This document shows positions 60,855 to 64,000 of a stretch of DNA of 64,000 nucleotides, in pieces; position 1 is the first letter of the stretch; every line of letters begins with the position of its first letter. The DNA is taken from NCBI RefSeq assembly GCF_009914755.1, contig NC_060941.1; one strand, 5' to 3'. The translations under genes and the position numbers were made by a program. This DNA comes from the human T2T-CHM13v2.0 reference genome, Homo sapiens. Below the pieces are notes generated by a model. That model ran no database searches, was not told the origin of the DNA, and saw only the letters and a list, made by a program, of their open reading frames with translations.

Positions 60855-61580
60855 AGGAGGGGAGGGGCACAGGTAGGAGGGTGGGGGAGAGGAGGGATGC
60901 AGGTGGGAGGATGGCAGAGGGGAGGGGTGCAAGTGGGAGGGTTGGGGAGGGGTGCAGGTGAGAGGGTGGGGAAGGGGAGGGGCACAGGTAGGAGGGTGGG
61001 GGAGGAGAGGAGCACAGGTGGGAGGGTGGAGGAGGGGAAGGGCACAGGTGGGAGGGTGGAGGAGGGGAGGGTCACAGGTGGGAGGGTGGGGGAGGAGAGG
61101 AGCACAGGTGGGAGGGTGGAGGAGGGGAAGGGCACAGGTGGGAGGGTGGAGGAAGGGAGGGTCACAGGTGGGAGGGTGGGGGAGGAGAGGAGCACAGGTG
61201 GGAGGGTGGGGGAGGAGAGGAGCACAGGTGGGAGGGTGGAGGAGGGGGAGGGCACAGGTGGGAGGGTGGGGGGGCATAGGTGGGAGGGTGGAGGAGGGGA
61301 AGGGCACAGGTGGGAAGGTGGAGGAAGGGAGGGTGACAGGTGGGAGGGTGGAGGAGGAGAGGAGCACAGGTGGGAGGGTGGAGGAGGGGAAGGGCACAGG
61401 TTGGAGGGTGGCGGAAGGGAGGGTCACAGGTGGGAGGGTTGGGGAGGAGAGGAGCACAGGTGGGAGGGTGGAGGAGGGGGAGGGCACAGGTGGGAGGGTG
61501 GAGGGGGGCATAGGTGGGAGGGTGGAGGAGGGGAAGGGCACAGGTGAGAGGGAGGGCGAGGGGCACAGGTAGGAGGGGCA
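60855..61580. repeat. 30-bp G-rich minisatellite (GGAGGGTGGAGGAGGGGAAGGGCACAGGTG), ~24 copies
   Basis: Exact 30-bp register 60991-61260, with variant unit types. Confidence 0.96.
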
Positions 61581-62636
61581 TCTGTAGGATGCAGGAGCAG
61601 GGGCATCTGTAACCCCAGGCCTGGCGCCGTGAAACACTGGAGGCCACCAGGTGCAGGGAGATGGTGCTGGGTCAAATGAGCCTCTGCAGAGGATCAATGG
61701 CAGCCAGAGCCATTAGCCAGGAAAATGAGACAGAAGCGAAGGCCTGACAGGTGATCGATACCGGGTCACCCAGCGCAGACAGGAAAGGGTCCAGCGGAGG
61801 ACACCAGGGGCCAGCGATTGACATCTCACCCTGAGGAGGCGGCCGAGCTGTCTGTCACACACAACCCCGGCCACAAGCCTCCCACCTCAGGGACCTGCCG
61901 TCACTGACAGCATGGACTCAGTGTGGCCCGAGAGGACTGCAGGGACCACCAAATACCCGAGTCTCCTGGACACTGGGGCCCCCTGGGGGCGGGTTTCCAG
62001 AACAGCTGGCAAGCAGGGCACCCCAAACAAAGGAGGGCGTGGTGCACGCACAGGGTGCATGGGGACCCTGCAGGCCCGAGGCAGGGGCAGGTCTAGGAAG
62101 GAAGCGGTGCACACAGGCAGAGGAATCCAGGGCACTCCACAGCCAGGCGCAGGCTGGCCACCACTGGGACAAGCCACCCCGGCCCTACCTCCCACCCAGC
62201 TTCTCTCCACCTAAAGGTCAGGGGCCTGGGAGAGGCACGCGGGGGCCTCCAGTCCAATCCCACCCTTGCTGAGTGATAGGTGTGGCTCTCCGACAGCGGG
62301 AGAAGCATCCCTCTCCACCCACCCCAGCACTGGGGTCAGGAGGGAGGAGAGAGGGTGCCCCCACCCCTCCATTCCTGCAGGTTCTTGGCCACATGTGCCG
62401 ATTTCATTTTGCTCGCTGGATTGCAAAGGCCCTCATGAGCGACTGAGAGCTGCCACTTCGATTTGCGAATCTCGCTGAGAAAAACGTGACATGCACGTTT
62501 CCACTGGGCACTGGAGAAAGAGCCAGGGGACTTGGGCAAGACAAAAATAAAACCAGTCAGAGTGGTGAACACGGGCAGGACGTCCACATTGCTCCTCTCT
62601 CCTCTGCAGACCCTAGTGGGCCAGTGGGGCCCTGGC

Positions 62637-63007
62637 CTCCTCCTCCTTCCCTCCCCTTCCTCCTCCCCCTCCTCCTCCCCTCTTCCTCCACCTCCTTCTC
62701 CCCCTACCTCCTCCTCCTCTTCTTCTTCCTCCCTCTCATCCTCCCCCTCCTCCTCCCCTCTTCCTCCTCCTCCCCTCCTCTCTCTTCCTCCTCCCTCTGC
62801 TCCTCCTCTCCCCCTCTTCCTCCACCTCCCCTTCCTCCCACTCCTCCTCCACCCCTCCCCCTCTTCTTCCTCCTCCTACTCCTCCTCTGCCTCTTCCTCT
62901 TCCCCCCTCCTCCTCCCTCTCCTCCTCCTTCCTCCCCTTCCTCCCCCTCCCCCTTCTCCTCCCTCTACCTCTTCCTCCTCCCCCCTCCTCCCCCCCACCT
63001 CCTCCTC
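62637..63007. repeat. (CCT)n-rich polypyrimidine tract
   Basis: ~370 bp almost free of purines. Confidence 0.95.
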
Positions 63008-63912
63008 GTACCCCAGGCAGCCCCTTCAGGTCTCAATCCCGTCAAGCTCAGACCTGGGACCCACATAGACCCGGGTCAGGTGCCAGCCCCTCTGCAAGAC
63101 CCTTGTTGGGCCCCTGGGCCTCTCGGGTCCTTGCTGTCAAATGGGAGCACTAGTTGTCATGGTGACAACTCCAGCAGTGCCCTGGGGACTGGAGCGCATA
63201 CCAGGTGGCCCAGCCTAAATGGATGGCTCTGAAAAGTTCTCTGGGCACAAGGGGTCCCGGGCTCCTCCTGGGAGAACACGAGGCCCTCCCTCCTGGCCTT
63301 CCAGACTCAACGGAGCTTCTCCAGGCTGCAGGGACAACAGGCAGAAACTTCTCCGAAGCCAAGAGCCTGGGGCAGAAGTGAGCAGCAGCCAGTGGCACCT
63401 GCAGAGCCGGGGCACCCGCAGGGTTCCCAAGAGAGCCTGGAAGATCTCAGCAAAGGCAGGAGCAGGAGAGACGTCGAGGGCGGATGAGGAGTGGACACGG
63501 TGGTGGTGAGAGGGGTCAGGAGGAGGAAGGCCAAGGCTGTCCACAGGGATGGGGCCAGCATCTTTCCATGCCCACAGCAGCCATGCCAGATGGGACCCCA
63601 GCCACAAGCCCGGGAAGGCCAGACGGGAAGCCCTACAACGGGAGGGCCAGGATGTGCCCGAGGGAGGGGCTCAGAGGCACCCCAGGGAGAAAGCAGAGTG
63701 GCTGGGCTCTCTGTGCCTGTTTCTCCACACACAAAAGGGGCGCAGGTTTGCAGCGCTGCAGGAGTGGGGGGTAGGAGGTGGCGTGGAGTCAGCCCAAGAG
63801 GCGTGAGCCTCGTAACAAGCAAGCAGTGCAGCTGTGGTGGTTGTTTCTGAGAATGCGTGGATCACAAAAAGGAGGCAGATGGTAAAAGTTAAAATGTAAA
63901 ACAGGTGTGCAA

Positions 63913-64000
63913 AGCCAGGCATGGGGGCACAGCTACTTGGGAGGACCACTTGAGCCCAGGAGTTTGAGGCCAGCCTTGGCAACGTAGTGAGACCCTGTCT
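63913..64000 (+). mobile_element. FLAM/Alu monomer with internal deletions, runs off the window
   Basis: GCCAGGCATGG...TTGAGCCCAGGAGTTTGAGGCCAGCC...GAGACCCTGTCT. Confidence 0.8.

Noticed and set aside
60828-61697. Extensin/collagen-like ORFs of 130-290 aa on both strands
   Set aside because: Artefact of the 30-bp minisatellite being open in nearly all frames.

Overview
Primate, very likely human, nuclear DNA. Evidence: ~20 Alu/FLAM copies including AluY, an L1PA, and THE1, MST and LTR1 LTRs. I find no supportable protein-coding gene, rRNA, tRNA or CRISPR array. The long ORFs in the track come from microsatellites, minisatellites, Alu/L1 remnants or GC-rich low-stop sequence. The first ~4.7 kb is AT-rich L1. 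The rest is GC-rich intergenic or intronic sequence carrying nested transposon fossils (many with readable target-site duplications, TSDs), several minisatellites (17-18, 21, 30, 31 and 58 bp units), long purine/pyrimidine and RY tracts, and several short non-repetitive islands, mostly AT-rich, packed with homeodomain, TALE, POU and SOX-like motifs. Those islands look like developmental enhancers (inference). I could not identify the locus and see no evidence for a new enzymatic or genetic system. The best leads are regulatory or structural: the enhancer-like islands, a promoter-intact solo LTR1, E-box/G4-rich VNTRs with higher-order structure, and unusual Alu architectures. Subfamily names are from recalled consensus similarity, and boundaries of old repeats are approximate.
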